The notes below the pieces were generated by a model. It saw nothing but the letters and a program-made list of their open reading frames with translations. It was not told the origin of the DNA and did not search any database. Below, piece by piece: positions 16,365 to 24,984 of a DNA stretch of 64,000 nucleotides. The position numbers were made by a program, and so were the translations under genes. The stretch's first letter is position 1, and each line of letters starts with the position of its first letter. The stretch comes from an uncultured Vicinamibacteraceae bacterium (GTDB lineage: Bacteria; Acidobacteriota; Vicinamibacteria; Vicinamibacterales; UBA8438): positions 20,220-84,219 of the forward strand of contig CAZJYU010000003.1 in NCBI GenBank assembly GCA_964550305.1, read 5' to 3'.

Positions 16365-17474
16365 CTACCTCCTGCGAAGCAACACCTGATCCAGGCGAAC
16401 GCCCCGATCGCTGAAGACGATGTAGTGGTCTGGACGAATTCGCACGACGGCCGGGGCGCCAGGCGTCCAGGCTTCAGTTCGTCCGCGCTCCGCCTCTGCC
16501 GGGACCAGCGCGCGCACCATAACGCCTTCGACCTTGACTTCCACCAACGTCGCACCGGCCTCCCCGTCCTCGCCGTCGCCGGCGGGGGCGACCGAGACCA
16601 CCCGTCCCCTCAATCCGCCGCCCTCGCGGCGAAGCTGCACATGTTGCGGCCGAATGCCGGCCGTCACGTCGCGGCAGTACGTCTCGGCAATCTGGCCGGC
16701 GAGCGGGACCGTCTGATTGCCGATCAGCAGCGCCTGACCGTCCTTCTCCAGAATGGCGGGCACAAGGTTGATCCCTGGCCGCCCGAAGCACTGCGCCACG
16801 AACTCCGTCGCTGGCTTCTCGTAAAGCTCGGCCGGCGTGCCGAACTGCACCAGTCGGCCGTGCTGCAACAGGGCAATGCGGTCGGCGACCGCGAGTGCCT
16901 CGTCGGTATCACGTGTCGCATAGAACATCGTGCGGCGCTCCGGCGCCGGGTGCAGGGACCGCAGGCCACGGAGGAATGTGCGACGCGCATCGGCGTCGAG
17001 AAACGCCGGATGACCCGTGAGGTCGTCGATCAGCAACAGATCGGGCAGCGAGGAATACTGCGACGCCGGCGTCTCCCTCCCCTCTGCGGCGTCGGTGCTG
17101 CCGGGTCCGCGGCCGGTTCCGTCGAGCGTCGCATCGGGACACGCATAGCGTCGGAACGTGACGCCGCGCCATGTTTCGGCGCACCACCGCGGAGGGATGC
17201 GGTCGCACGGATTGCCGCCGCGCCACACGCGCGCCGCGCCCGACCCGTTGCCCGTCGTGTCGCCGCCAGCGCCCTCCGAGCCGTCCGATCCAATCACGAC
17301 GCCGTCCTGGCTGTCTCGGCTGGCGATGAAGGCAAACAGGCCGGAAGCGACGCTGGTCGGCTGCGCCACGACGGCGATCAGTTCTCCCGAGCGAGCAAAA
17401 AAAGAAACGCTATCGAGGACCGGCCGGTCCGATCCCCCATCCCGGTAGGTCACCTGATCGAGGAAGAGATACAT
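16365..17474 (-). CDS. MalK/CysA-like ABC ATPase homologue with degenerate catalytic motifs
   Basis: Start at ATG 17474 (MYLFLDQVTYRDGG...). The C-terminal half aligns by eye to MalK (TMFYATRDTDEALAVADRIALLQHGRLVQFGTPAELYEKPATEFVAQCFG plus a TOBE-like tail). However, Walker A is AQPTSVAS, the Q-loop has R, Walker B is LLLIDD and the H-loop is YATRD. Confidence 0.6.
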   Translation of the reverse strand: MYLFLDQVTYRDGGSDRPVLDSVSFFARSGELIAVVAQPTSVASGLFAFIASRDSQDGVVIGSDGSEGAGGDTTGNGSGAARVWRGGNPCDRIPPRWCAETWRGVTFRRYACPDATLDGTGRGPGSTDAAEGRETPASQYSSLPDLLLIDDLTGHPAFLDADARRTFLRGLRSLHPAPERRTMFYATRDTDEALAVADRIALLQHGRLVQFGTPAELYEKPATEFVAQCFGRPGINLVPAILEKDGQALLIGNQTVPLAGQIAETYCRDVTAGIRPQHVQLRREGGGLRGRVVSVAPAGDGEDGEAGATLVEVKVEGVMVRALVPAEAERGRTEAWTPGAPAVVRIRPDHYIVFSDRGVRLDQVLLRRR

Positions 17475-17532
17475 TGGCGCGGCGCACGGCGGCCATCCTG
17501 GCCCCCGCCGACCTCCATGGTACACTCTCGCG

Positions 17533-19635
17533 ATGCCGGCCGAGCCGCCGCTCGCGTGGGGCCGATCGACCGTCGAAACCGCCTGCCCACTCGACTGCCC
17601 CGACACCTGCAGCCTGGCGGTATCGGTGGAGCGCGGCCGCGTCACGAAGATCGATCACTCCACCCGTCACGACGCCACTGCGGGGTACATCTGCCGCAAA
17701 GTGCGCGAATTCCAGGGGCGGGTTTACGGCCCGGATCGGCTGCATCATCCTGGTCGGCGGCGCGGCCAGCGGGGCGACGCGGACTTCGAGCGGATCGGCT
17801 GGGACCAGGCGCTCGACGAGATTGCCGGCCGGATGCGGGCAATCCGGGACGAATCCGGCGCTCAGGCAATCCTCCCTATCTCGTATGGCGGATCGAACGG
17901 CCTGCTCTCCCAGGACACCGTGGACGCCCGGTTGTTTCGCGCGTTCGGCACGTCGCGCCTCGCGCGCAACGTCTGCTCCGCGCCCACCACGACGGCGTCG
18001 GCAACCCTGTACGGCCGGATGCCGGGCGTGGCGTACGAGGACTACCGGCACGCCCGACTGATCGTGATCTGGGGCGCGAACCCGTCGACGTCCGGGTTTC
18101 ATCTGGTCCCGCATGTGCGCGCCGCCATGCGCGAGGGCGCGGCGCTGGTGGTGATCGATCCACGGCGCACGCCGCTCGCGCGGCAAGCCGACATTCACCT
18201 CGCCGTCCGACCCGGCACGGACGTGGTGGTAGCCCTCGCGATCCACCGGTTCCTGTTCGAACACGGCCACGCCGACACGGCGTTTCTCGACGCGCACGCG
18301 CATCATGCCGATGAACTGCGCCGCCGGGCCGGGGAGTGGACGTTCGACCGGGCCGCCGCGGTTGCCGACGTCGACCCCGGCCTGCTCGAACGGGTGGCTG
18401 CGCTGTACGCCAGGACGTCTCCCGCCGTGATCCGATGCGGCTGGGGGCTCGAGCGAAACCGGAACGGCGGCAACGCCGCCATGGCCGTATTGTCGCTGCC
18501 GGCGGTGGGCGGCAAGTTCGGGGTCCGGGGCGGCGGTTTCTCCATGAGCAGCTCGCGCGCGATCCCGCTTTCCGAAGAAGACTGGATCGGCATGCGGGAA
18601 CCGGCGACGCGTATCGTCAACATGAACCACCTGGGTCGCGCGCTGACGGACTACGACGACCCGCCGGTCAAGATGCTCTTCGTCTACAACTGCAACCCGC
18701 TGGTGACCATGCCAGATCAGAATCGGGTGCTGGCGGGCCTCTCGCGTGAGGACCTGTACACCGTGGTCTTCGATCAGGTGATGACCGACACGGCGCGATG
18801 GGCTGACATCGTGCTGCCGGCGACGACATTCCTCGAACACTACGATCTGGCGCTCAGCTACGGCCATGGCAACGTGCAGATCGTGCAGCCGGCGATTGAA
18901 CCGATGGAGGAGGCCCGACCGAACGTCGACGTCTTCGGCGAACTGGGGGTGCGACTCGGCCTCGACCTGCCGGAGCGCACCCCGGCCGACACGGCCGAGC
19001 TGCTGCACGTTGCCGGTGCGCTGAAGGACAACGCGGGCCAAGCCTTGCTTGCATCGGGCATCACCCGTGGTGCGGCGCATCGCGCCCCGGTGCAGTTCGT
19101 CGATGTCTTGCCTCGGACTCCGGACGCGAAGATCGATCTTGTGCCCGACGACCTCGACCGCCAGGCGCCGCTCGGACTCTACCGCTACCGACCGGCGCCG
19201 GAAGATGACGGCGCCAGCGAGTTTCCCCTCGCGCTGGTTTCGCCCGCCAGCGCCAGGACGGTCAACTCCACGCTGGGCGAACTGGACACCCGCACGGCGC
19301 GCCTTCGGATCCACCCACGGGACGCGGCGCGCCGCGACGTGTCGACGGACGATGTGATCCGCGTCTTCAACGGCCGGGGCGAAGTGCATTGCCTGGCGCT
19401 CGTTGACGCCGACATGAGGCCGGGCGTGGTCTGCCTGCCGAAAGGGCTCTGGCGGCGCAGCACGCTGAACGGCTCGACGGCCAACGCACTCGCGCCGGAC
19501 GATCTCACGGACCTCGGGGACGGCGCCTGTTTCAACGACGCGCGGGTTGAGGTGACGCGCATCGTCACCGCGCGGTTCGGCGGCGAGAGTGTCGCGCTCT
19601 GGACCGACACGTCGGCGGCGAAGGGGCTAAACTAG
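17533..19635 (+). CDS. molybdopterin-dependent oxidoreductase (DMSO reductase superfamily), cytoplasmic
   Basis: N-terminal 4Fe-4S motif C-PLD-C-PDT-C...YIC, then MopB-type regions (ISYGGSNG, VIWGANPS, VVIDPRRT) and a C-terminal molybdopterin dinucleotide-binding beta-barrel (IHPRDAARRDVSTDDVIRVFNGRGEV). No Tat signal. Confidence 0.85.
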   Translation: MPAEPPLAWGRSTVETACPLDCPDTCSLAVSVERGRVTKIDHSTRHDATAGYICRKVREFQGRVYGPDRLHHPGRRRGQRGDADFERIGWDQALDEIAGRMRAIRDESGAQAILPISYGGSNGLLSQDTVDARLFRAFGTSRLARNVCSAPTTTASATLYGRMPGVAYEDYRHARLIVIWGANPSTSGFHLVPHVRAAMREGAALVVIDPRRTPLARQADIHLAVRPGTDVVVALAIHRFLFEHGHADTAFLDAHAHHADELRRRAGEWTFDRAAAVADVDPGLLERVAALYARTSPAVIRCGWGLERNRNGGNAAMAVLSLPAVGGKFGVRGGGFSMSSSRAIPLSEEDWIGMREPATRIVNMNHLGRALTDYDDPPVKMLFVYNCNPLVTMPDQNRVLAGLSREDLYTVVFDQVMTDTARWADIVLPATTFLEHYDLALSYGHGNVQIVQPAIEPMEEARPNVDVFGELGVRLGLDLPERTPADTAELLHVAGALKDNAGQALLASGITRGAAHRAPVQFVDVLPRTPDAKIDLVPDDLDRQAPLGLYRYRPAPEDDGASEFPLALVSPASARTVNSTLGELDTRTARLRIHPRDAARRDVSTDDVIRVFNGRGEVHCLALVDADMRPGVVCLPKGLWRRSTLNGSTANALAPDDLTDLGDGACFNDARVEVTRIVTARFGGESVALWTDTSAAKGLN

Positions 19636-19678
19636 CGGTACCGTAACCCGCCGCTCCGCTAACCGGGGAGTACCATCA

Positions 19679-19960
19679 ATGGCCGACCGCACCGTGATGT
19701 GCGTGAAATTCGGGAAGACGCTTCCGGGACTGCACGAGCCGCCGTGGCCCGGCGAGCTCGGCCAGCGCATCTACGAGAACGTGTCCGAAGAGGCGTGGAA
19801 GCTCTGGGAAGAGCGCATGAAGATGATCCTGAACGAGTACCGCCTGATGCCTTGGCAGAAGGAAGCCCAGAAGCTGGTCGCCCAGCAGATGGAGGACTTC
19901 TTCTTCGGCGAAGGATCCGCCCTTCCGCCTGACTACGTCCCGCCGCAGGCCAAACAGTAG
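19679..19960 (+). CDS. yggX: Fe(2+)-trafficking / oxidative-damage protection protein YggX
   Basis: MADRTVMCVKFGKTLPGLHEPPWPGELGQRIYENVSEEAWKLWEERMKMILNEYRL... aligns well with E. coli YggX as I remember it (C-x...PGELG.RIY...S.EAW..W). Confidence 0.85.
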   Translation: MADRTVMCVKFGKTLPGLHEPPWPGELGQRIYENVSEEAWKLWEERMKMILNEYRLMPWQKEAQKLVAQQMEDFFFGEGSALPPDYVPPQAKQ

Positions 19961-19962
19961 GA

Positions 19963-21267
19963 CTATCCCGCCGGACGGACGGCCAGCTCCGGCGCAATGT
20001 CGAACCTGAGGCGCGCGTGCGCCGCGCGCGCCGCTTCCACAACGTCGTTCCGATCGCGGCCACGGGCGAAGATGAAGCCGGGGTAGCTCGCGCCCTCCGG
20101 CCACGGGATGAGACGCTCACCCGGCTTGGCGGTAACGATCACCTCTTCGATCCCCGGCACCGCGCGCGCCGCGTCCACGCCCGTGACCTCCCGGCAGATG
20201 CCGGCGCCAGGCACCGGGATCATCATCACCGCCGATGCCTCGTCCGACACGCGCCAGCCATCGACTGCATCTCCGAGCGCGTGGCGGAGCAGCACCTCCT
20301 CGAGGGTCGCTACTGCCGCGCCATCCCGGCCCGCGCCGGCATGCGCCGGCGGAACGAACCGCAACACCCTCGCGCAGCGCCCGCCGATGGGCCGGGGCGC
20401 CACTTCCAGGACCACCACCGTCTCGCCGTCGATGCGCGCTTCGGCGTGGATCGGGCCGTCGGTGAGTCCAAGAGCGCCAACCGCCCGGGCCACCTGCACG
20501 ATTACGGACTTGCGCAGTTCAGGCGGCAGCGTGTCGGGCCTCGCGTAGATCGTTTCCTCGAAGAAGGGGCCGTCCAGCGGATCCGGCTTGTCGAAGATCG
20601 CGAAGACCTCGAGCGCACCGCCGGTCACCACCCCTTCGACCGCTACCTCCCGGCCGGGCACGAACGCTTCGATCAGCATCGTGTCGTTCGCCGGATCGCG
20701 CTGCGCCCGCACTTCCGGCATCCCGAGGAGACGGCGCAGGCGAGCCGCCGCGGCAAGCAGCTCCTCCGCCGTGTCGGCGCGGATGACGCCGCGGCTCGCC
20801 GACAGCGCCATCGGCTTGACAACGCAGGGAAACACCGCGCCGTCGAGCAGAGCCGCCTTGTCCGCCCCCACCGGCACGGCGCGGAATGCCGGCCCTGGGA
20901 GGCCGGCCGCGCGCAGTCGCTCGCGGGTGCGCTGCTTGTGCGCGGCGGCGCGCGCCGCCTCCGGCGGGTGGCCACGCAGCCCAAGCGCGCGCGCGGCGCC
21001 CGCGGCCACGATAGCGGGGCGGTCGCCCACCGCCACAATGCCATGAATGGGCGGCCGGGCCGCCACAATTGTGTCAACCGCCGCGGACTCGTCGTGGAAC
21101 GGGATCGGCAGAGCCCCGTCCCGCCAGGGATCGTCGAGTTGATGGCACCGGTCGGTCGCAAAGGCAAGGCGCAAGCCGAGACGTTCGGCCGCGCTACCGA
21201 ACGACCGGAGCTGGTACCCGGTGGTGGCGGCCACCACCAGGACGCGCCGGGGATCGGAGCGGTTCAC
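19963..21267 (-). CDS. ATP-grasp domain protein (carboxylate-amine ligase-like)
   Basis: 434 aa with a pre-ATP-grasp Rossmann-like N-terminus and ATP-grasp core motifs (...KQRTRERLRAAGLPGPAF...FPCVVKPMALSASRGVIRA...IEAFVPGREVAVEG...LEVAPRPIGG). GTG start 7 nt after the extended radical SAM stop. Confidence 0.8.
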   Translation of the reverse strand: MNRSDPRRVLVVAATTGYQLRSFGSAAERLGLRLAFATDRCHQLDDPWRDGALPIPFHDESAAVDTIVAARPPIHGIVAVGDRPAIVAAGAARALGLRGHPPEAARAAAHKQRTRERLRAAGLPGPAFRAVPVGADKAALLDGAVFPCVVKPMALSASRGVIRADTAEELLAAAARLRRLLGMPEVRAQRDPANDTMLIEAFVPGREVAVEGVVTGGALEVFAIFDKPDPLDGPFFEETIYARPDTLPPELRKSVIVQVARAVGALGLTDGPIHAEARIDGETVVVLEVAPRPIGGRCARVLRFVPPAHAGAGRDGAAVATLEEVLLRHALGDAVDGWRVSDEASAVMMIPVPGAGICREVTGVDAARAVPGIEEVIVTAKPGERLIPWPEGASYPGFIFARGRDRNDVVEAARAAHARLRFDIAPELAVRPAG

Positions 21268-21274
21268 GGCACGG

Positions 21275-22666
21275 TCAGACCAGAGCCACCTGCTCCGGAC
21301 TTGGCTCGGCTCAGCAGTACCACGGCTCGTTCAGGTACGGCATCTCGGTTCGCTGCCGAATCGGAGCCGTTCTGGACGGCGGTGGCGAGGCGTTGGCGTG
21401 GGCAAGAGCCCGGATCTCGTCGAACACCGCGCGGCGGTCGGCCGACAGGCGACGGCCGGCTATCGCCATGACCCCTTCCGCCAGGCGGTCGATTGCGGGA
21501 TCGGCGTGCCGCCACGGATAAACGAGCCGCTGTTCGTCGAACGGCCCGAGCTGCGTCCGAAGGTCGTCCAGATCGAGCAGATGGGAGCCCGACGTCACCA
21601 GCAGCCGCAGGGCCAACTGGATTGGCGCGACCTGTTCGACGAGATCGAGACGGTCGATCTCCGCCAGCAAATCGCGGTAGCCGGCTCCGGTCGTCCAGGG
21701 CGTGAAGGGCACGAACGTCGGCGCCAGCGCCAGGCCGGCATCACGGCAGAGCCCGACGGCACGCTCGACGTCCCGCCGAGTATGGCCCTTCCGCAGACGC
21801 GCGAGGACAGCGTCGTCGAACGACTCGACCGCCGTGGTCACGAAGATGCAGCCGGTTTCCCGGAGGCGCGGCAGCCGATCCGCATGGACGATCAGATGCT
21901 CCACCTTGATCGTGGCGTCGTAGGTGACTCCAGGCCACCGCTCTGCAAGCGCCTCGACGATGCGCATCGCGTGGCCCGGTCCATTGAAGAAATCCGGATC
22001 GCCGAACGTGATGTGCCGCGCTCCCAGCTCGACCTGAGCCGCGATGTCCGCCGCTATCACATCGGGGGGGACAATACGGAAGCGGCCGCCGTAGACCGGA
22101 ACGACCGGGCAGTGCCGGCAGAGATGCCGGCACCCGCGGCTCGCCTCCGTGTAGCCGGCGACGCGCCGCGACGTGCCGTGCTGCAACGTCGCGTAGCGGT
22201 CGAGCGGCGGAAGGCCGCGGCGCCATGGCGCGATCAGGCGCAGGCGCGGCAGGTCCGGCTGGGCGGCGTCGTTCGTGTGCTTCCCAGGCGCCGTCACATC
22301 CACCGCCTCGCCGGAGGCGACGCGGACCAGGTCCGCCTCGAACTCGCCACCCAGGATGTGACCGACGCCCAGCGACCGCAGATAGGAAGCGTTCAGCGGC
22401 GCGTACAGACCGTAGGCGCAGATCTCTGCGGCCGGGTTGATCCGCTGTGCGCGGCGAATCACCGGTGTCGCGAGACGCGTCGCGGTATGCATCGGCAGGT
22501 GAAACGCGACCAGGTGGGCGCTGGCCACCGCGCCGGTATCCAACGACTGCCGCGACAGGTCGAAGCAGGTGACCGTATGCCCCGCGCGCCGGAGCCACGC
22601 GGCCGGCGACGCCAGACCGAACGGCTGGCGCCCCAGCTCGTACGTCGCGATCAGCGTGACGTTCAT
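21275..22666 (-). CDS. B12-binding-domain radical SAM protein, probable selenoprotein with C-U-A-E-P tail (TGA 21311-21313 read as Sec)
   Basis: ATG at 22666 overlaps the stop of the upstream SSS gene (ATGA). N-terminal Rossmann-like B12-type domain and a CRHLCRHC (CxxxCxxC) radical SAM cluster. The track ORF ends ...NEPWYC at TGA, but the same frame continues AEPSPEQVALV to TGA 21275-21277, with a hairpin right after the first TGA. Confidence 0.7.
21279..21310 (-). promoter_or_regulatory. candidate bacterial SECIS hairpin
   Basis: RNA downstream of UGA: GAGCCA pairs with UGGCUC (6 bp), AGU bulge, CC/GG, apical loop GGAGCA about 18-23 nt after the U of UGA. Possible lower extension C5-G34, C6-G33. 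Confidence 0.45.
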
Positions 22667-24105
22667 GCCGCTGCCGAGGTGGCGCGCAGTTCCACTTCCG
22701 CCTCCGACGGCGGCGGGGTGAGCAGACTCACCACCAACAGGGTCAGAATCGATAGCAGGAGCGCCGGATAGGCGGTCTGCCACCCGAACAGATAGACCGG
22801 ATTGCCGTCGACCGCGCGGGCGAGTCCGATGATCTCCCAGACGAGCGTCGTCACCATGCCTACGGCAATCGACGCCACGCCGCCCGCGCGCGTCGCCCGC
22901 TTCCATACGAGCGCGCCGAGCAGGGCCGGGGTGATCCCGGCGCCGTACATCGTGTACGCCCACAGCGCCATCGCCAGGATCGTGGGGAAGAAAGTCCCGG
23001 CAACGTAGCCGAGCGCACCGACCGCGACAACGATCAGCCGCGTATACATCACGACCTGCCGGTCGCTGACCTCCGGATTGATGAAACGCTGGTAGACATC
23101 CCGGATCAGGTTGGTTGAAGGCGTCAGGAGGAAGCTGTTCGCCGTCGACACGACGATCGCCGCCGCGCCGCAAACCAGGAGCACGCCGAGACCGGCCGGC
23201 AGCACGTCGGTCGCCACGCGGATGACGATCGCTTCCGACTGCGCGGCATCCAGGCCGCCAATCCGCAGCGACCCGAGAATGCCGGTCGAATCAATCAACG
23301 TCTCGACCACGATCGTGCCGACGATCCACCCGAGCACGGCCAGGCGGGCCGCCCGCTCGTCGCGCGCCGAGAAGAACTTCTGGTACATGTTCGCTTCGCC
23401 GAGGAGCAGGAACATGGTGGGGAGAAACAGCGCGAATGCGGCCTGCGGACCGATGTCACCGAACAGCGACACCTGGTGAGGCTGGAGCTGTCCGATCGAC
23501 GCGCCGAGCCCGCCCGCGTCGCCGACCAGGTAGGCCACGCCCAGGGCGACCGCGATCGTCATGATCAAACCGTTACCGACGTCGATATAGGCGATCGACA
23601 ACATGCCGGCGAGCGCCGTGAAGAGGATGCAGAAGATCGCCGTCACGAGCGCTCCGGTCCCCGGATCGATGCCAGCCACAAGCTCCAGCACGCGCCCGCC
23701 GCCCCGGAACTGGTAGGCGGCGATCGTGCCGTAGGCCAGCACCGTGGTGATCGTGCCGAGGATGCGCGCGGCGGGGCCGTAGCGCAGCTCCAGGATGTCG
23801 GGGACGGTGTACTGCGCTATGCGGCGGACGCGCGGCGCAAGAAAGTAGACCAGCGCGATGCCGACCCAGGCGCCCGCCGATTGCCACAGCACCGCAAAGC
23901 CCGTACGGTAACCGAGGCCGGCGCCGCCGAACAGGCTGCCCGATCCAATCCAGGTCGCGAGGAGCGTGAACACCAGGACGTGCGCCGGCAGGCGGCGCCC
24001 CGCCACGAGGAAGTCGTCACCGGTCCGGACGCGGCGACTGCGCCACACGCCGATCAACACCAGAAGCGACAAGTAGAGGACGACTGCGGTCAGCACGCCC
24101 ATCAT
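22663..24105 (-). CDS. sodium:solute symporter (SSS/SSF) family transporter
   Basis: 480 aa, about 13 TM segments. N-terminus ...GVWRSRRVRTGDDFLVAGRRLPAHVLVFTLLATWIGSGSLFGGAGLGY is typical of the SSF family. Confidence 0.85.
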   Translation of the reverse strand: MMGVLTAVVLYLSLLVLIGVWRSRRVRTGDDFLVAGRRLPAHVLVFTLLATWIGSGSLFGGAGLGYRTGFAVLWQSAGAWVGIALVYFLAPRVRRIAQYTVPDILELRYGPAARILGTITTVLAYGTIAAYQFRGGGRVLELVAGIDPGTGALVTAIFCILFTALAGMLSIAYIDVGNGLIMTIAVALGVAYLVGDAGGLGASIGQLQPHQVSLFGDIGPQAAFALFLPTMFLLLGEANMYQKFFSARDERAARLAVLGWIVGTIVVETLIDSTGILGSLRIGGLDAAQSEAIVIRVATDVLPAGLGVLLVCGAAAIVVSTANSFLLTPSTNLIRDVYQRFINPEVSDRQVVMYTRLIVVAVGALGYVAGTFFPTILAMALWAYTMYGAGITPALLGALVWKRATRAGGVASIAVGMVTTLVWEIIGLARAVDGNPVYLFGWQTAYPALLLSILTLLVVSLLTPPPSEAEVELRATSAAA

Positions 24106-24129
24106 TCTGGATCATCTGCCGCATAATGA

Positions 24130-24975
24130 TTGCCTGGCCCCGCCCGCCCGCCGATGCCGACGAAGAAATCCACGACGAAGCAGACGCTCGGGCCGGCGTT
24201 GATGCGCACTCTCCGGCCGCAGCGATCCAGGCCGGCGCCGGCGGAACGGCCGCTCGACGAGTACCGGCAGAAACGCGACTTCGAGAGAACGCCGGAACCC
24301 GATGGCCGCGCACGGCCGAGGGCCGGGCGGACGCGCCCGCGCCGGGCGCCCGAACGGTTCTTCTGCGTCCAGAAGCACCTGGCGAGCCACCTCCACTACG
24401 ACCTCCGTCTCGAGCACCGAGGCGTCCTGCTGTCGTGGGCGGTGCCCAAGGGCCCGTCGCTGCGGCCTTCGGACAAGCGGATGGCGGTTCAGACTGAGGA
24501 TCATCCGTACGATTACGGCACTTTCGAAGGCGTCATTCCCGAGGGCTACGGCGCCGGCATCGTGATGTTGTGGGACCGCGGCGGTTGGACCCCCGAGGTG
24601 GACGATGTCGACGCGGCGCTGGCGCGGGGCGACCTGAAGTTCTCGCTCGACGGCTTCAAGCTGAAGGGATCGTGGGCACTGGTCCGGCTGCGCGACCGCC
24701 CCGACACGCCACCGAAGCAGCGCGGGCGCAACTGGCTGCTGATCAAGCACGCCGACTTCTGGTCGGGCGATGTCGACATTGCGGCGTTTGCCCCGCTGAG
24801 CGTCAAGAGCGAAGGGGATTTCGACGACATCCTGGCCGACGAGATGCCGGCGCAGTGGATCACGGGGCGGCCGGCGACTGCCGCGGGCCGGGGACGCGCC
24901 GCGGCGATGACACGAGCGGTGATCGAGCGGGCAGCAAAGAAGATTCTCGAGCGGCAGCGCCGGCGTCAGGACTGA
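24130..24975 (+). CDS. stand-alone LigD-type 3'-phosphoesterase (PE) domain protein
   Basis: LDEYRQKRDFERTPEP...FCVQKHLASHLHYDLRLE..GVLLSWAVPKGPS...EDHPYDYGTFEGVIPEGYGAGIVMLWDRG matches the LigD PE domain. Basic Pro/Arg-rich N-terminal tail, so the start is uncertain (24130, 24154 or later). Confidence 0.8.
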   Translation: MPGPARPPMPTKKSTTKQTLGPALMRTLRPQRSRPAPAERPLDEYRQKRDFERTPEPDGRARPRAGRTRPRRAPERFFCVQKHLASHLHYDLRLEHRGVLLSWAVPKGPSLRPSDKRMAVQTEDHPYDYGTFEGVIPEGYGAGIVMLWDRGGWTPEVDDVDAALARGDLKFSLDGFKLKGSWALVRLRDRPDTPPKQRGRNWLLIKHADFWSGDVDIAAFAPLSVKSEGDFDDILADEMPAQWITGRPATAAGRGRAAAMTRAVIERAAKKILERQRRRQD

Positions 24976-24984
24976 CAGGCCGGC

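Noticed and set aside
17410-19389. 659-aa minus-strand ORF
   Set aside because: It is antisense to the molybdopterin oxidoreductase gene, which has a clear 4Fe-4S motif and MopB regions on the plus strand.
21311-23173. 620-aa version of the radical SAM ORF extending upstream to 23173
   Set aside because: The extra 168 N-terminal residues overlap the SSS transporter gene out of frame and are Arg/Gly/Asp junk. The ATG at 22666, overlapping the transporter stop, gives a normal B12-domain N-terminus.
19636-24129. Search for a small precursor-peptide gene that would make the radical SAM + ATP-grasp pair a RiPP cluster
   Set aside because: The flanking gaps are only 2 nt (19961-19962) and 24 nt (24106-24129), and the internal junctions are overlapping or 7 nt. 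There is no room for a short ORF with a start and RBS.
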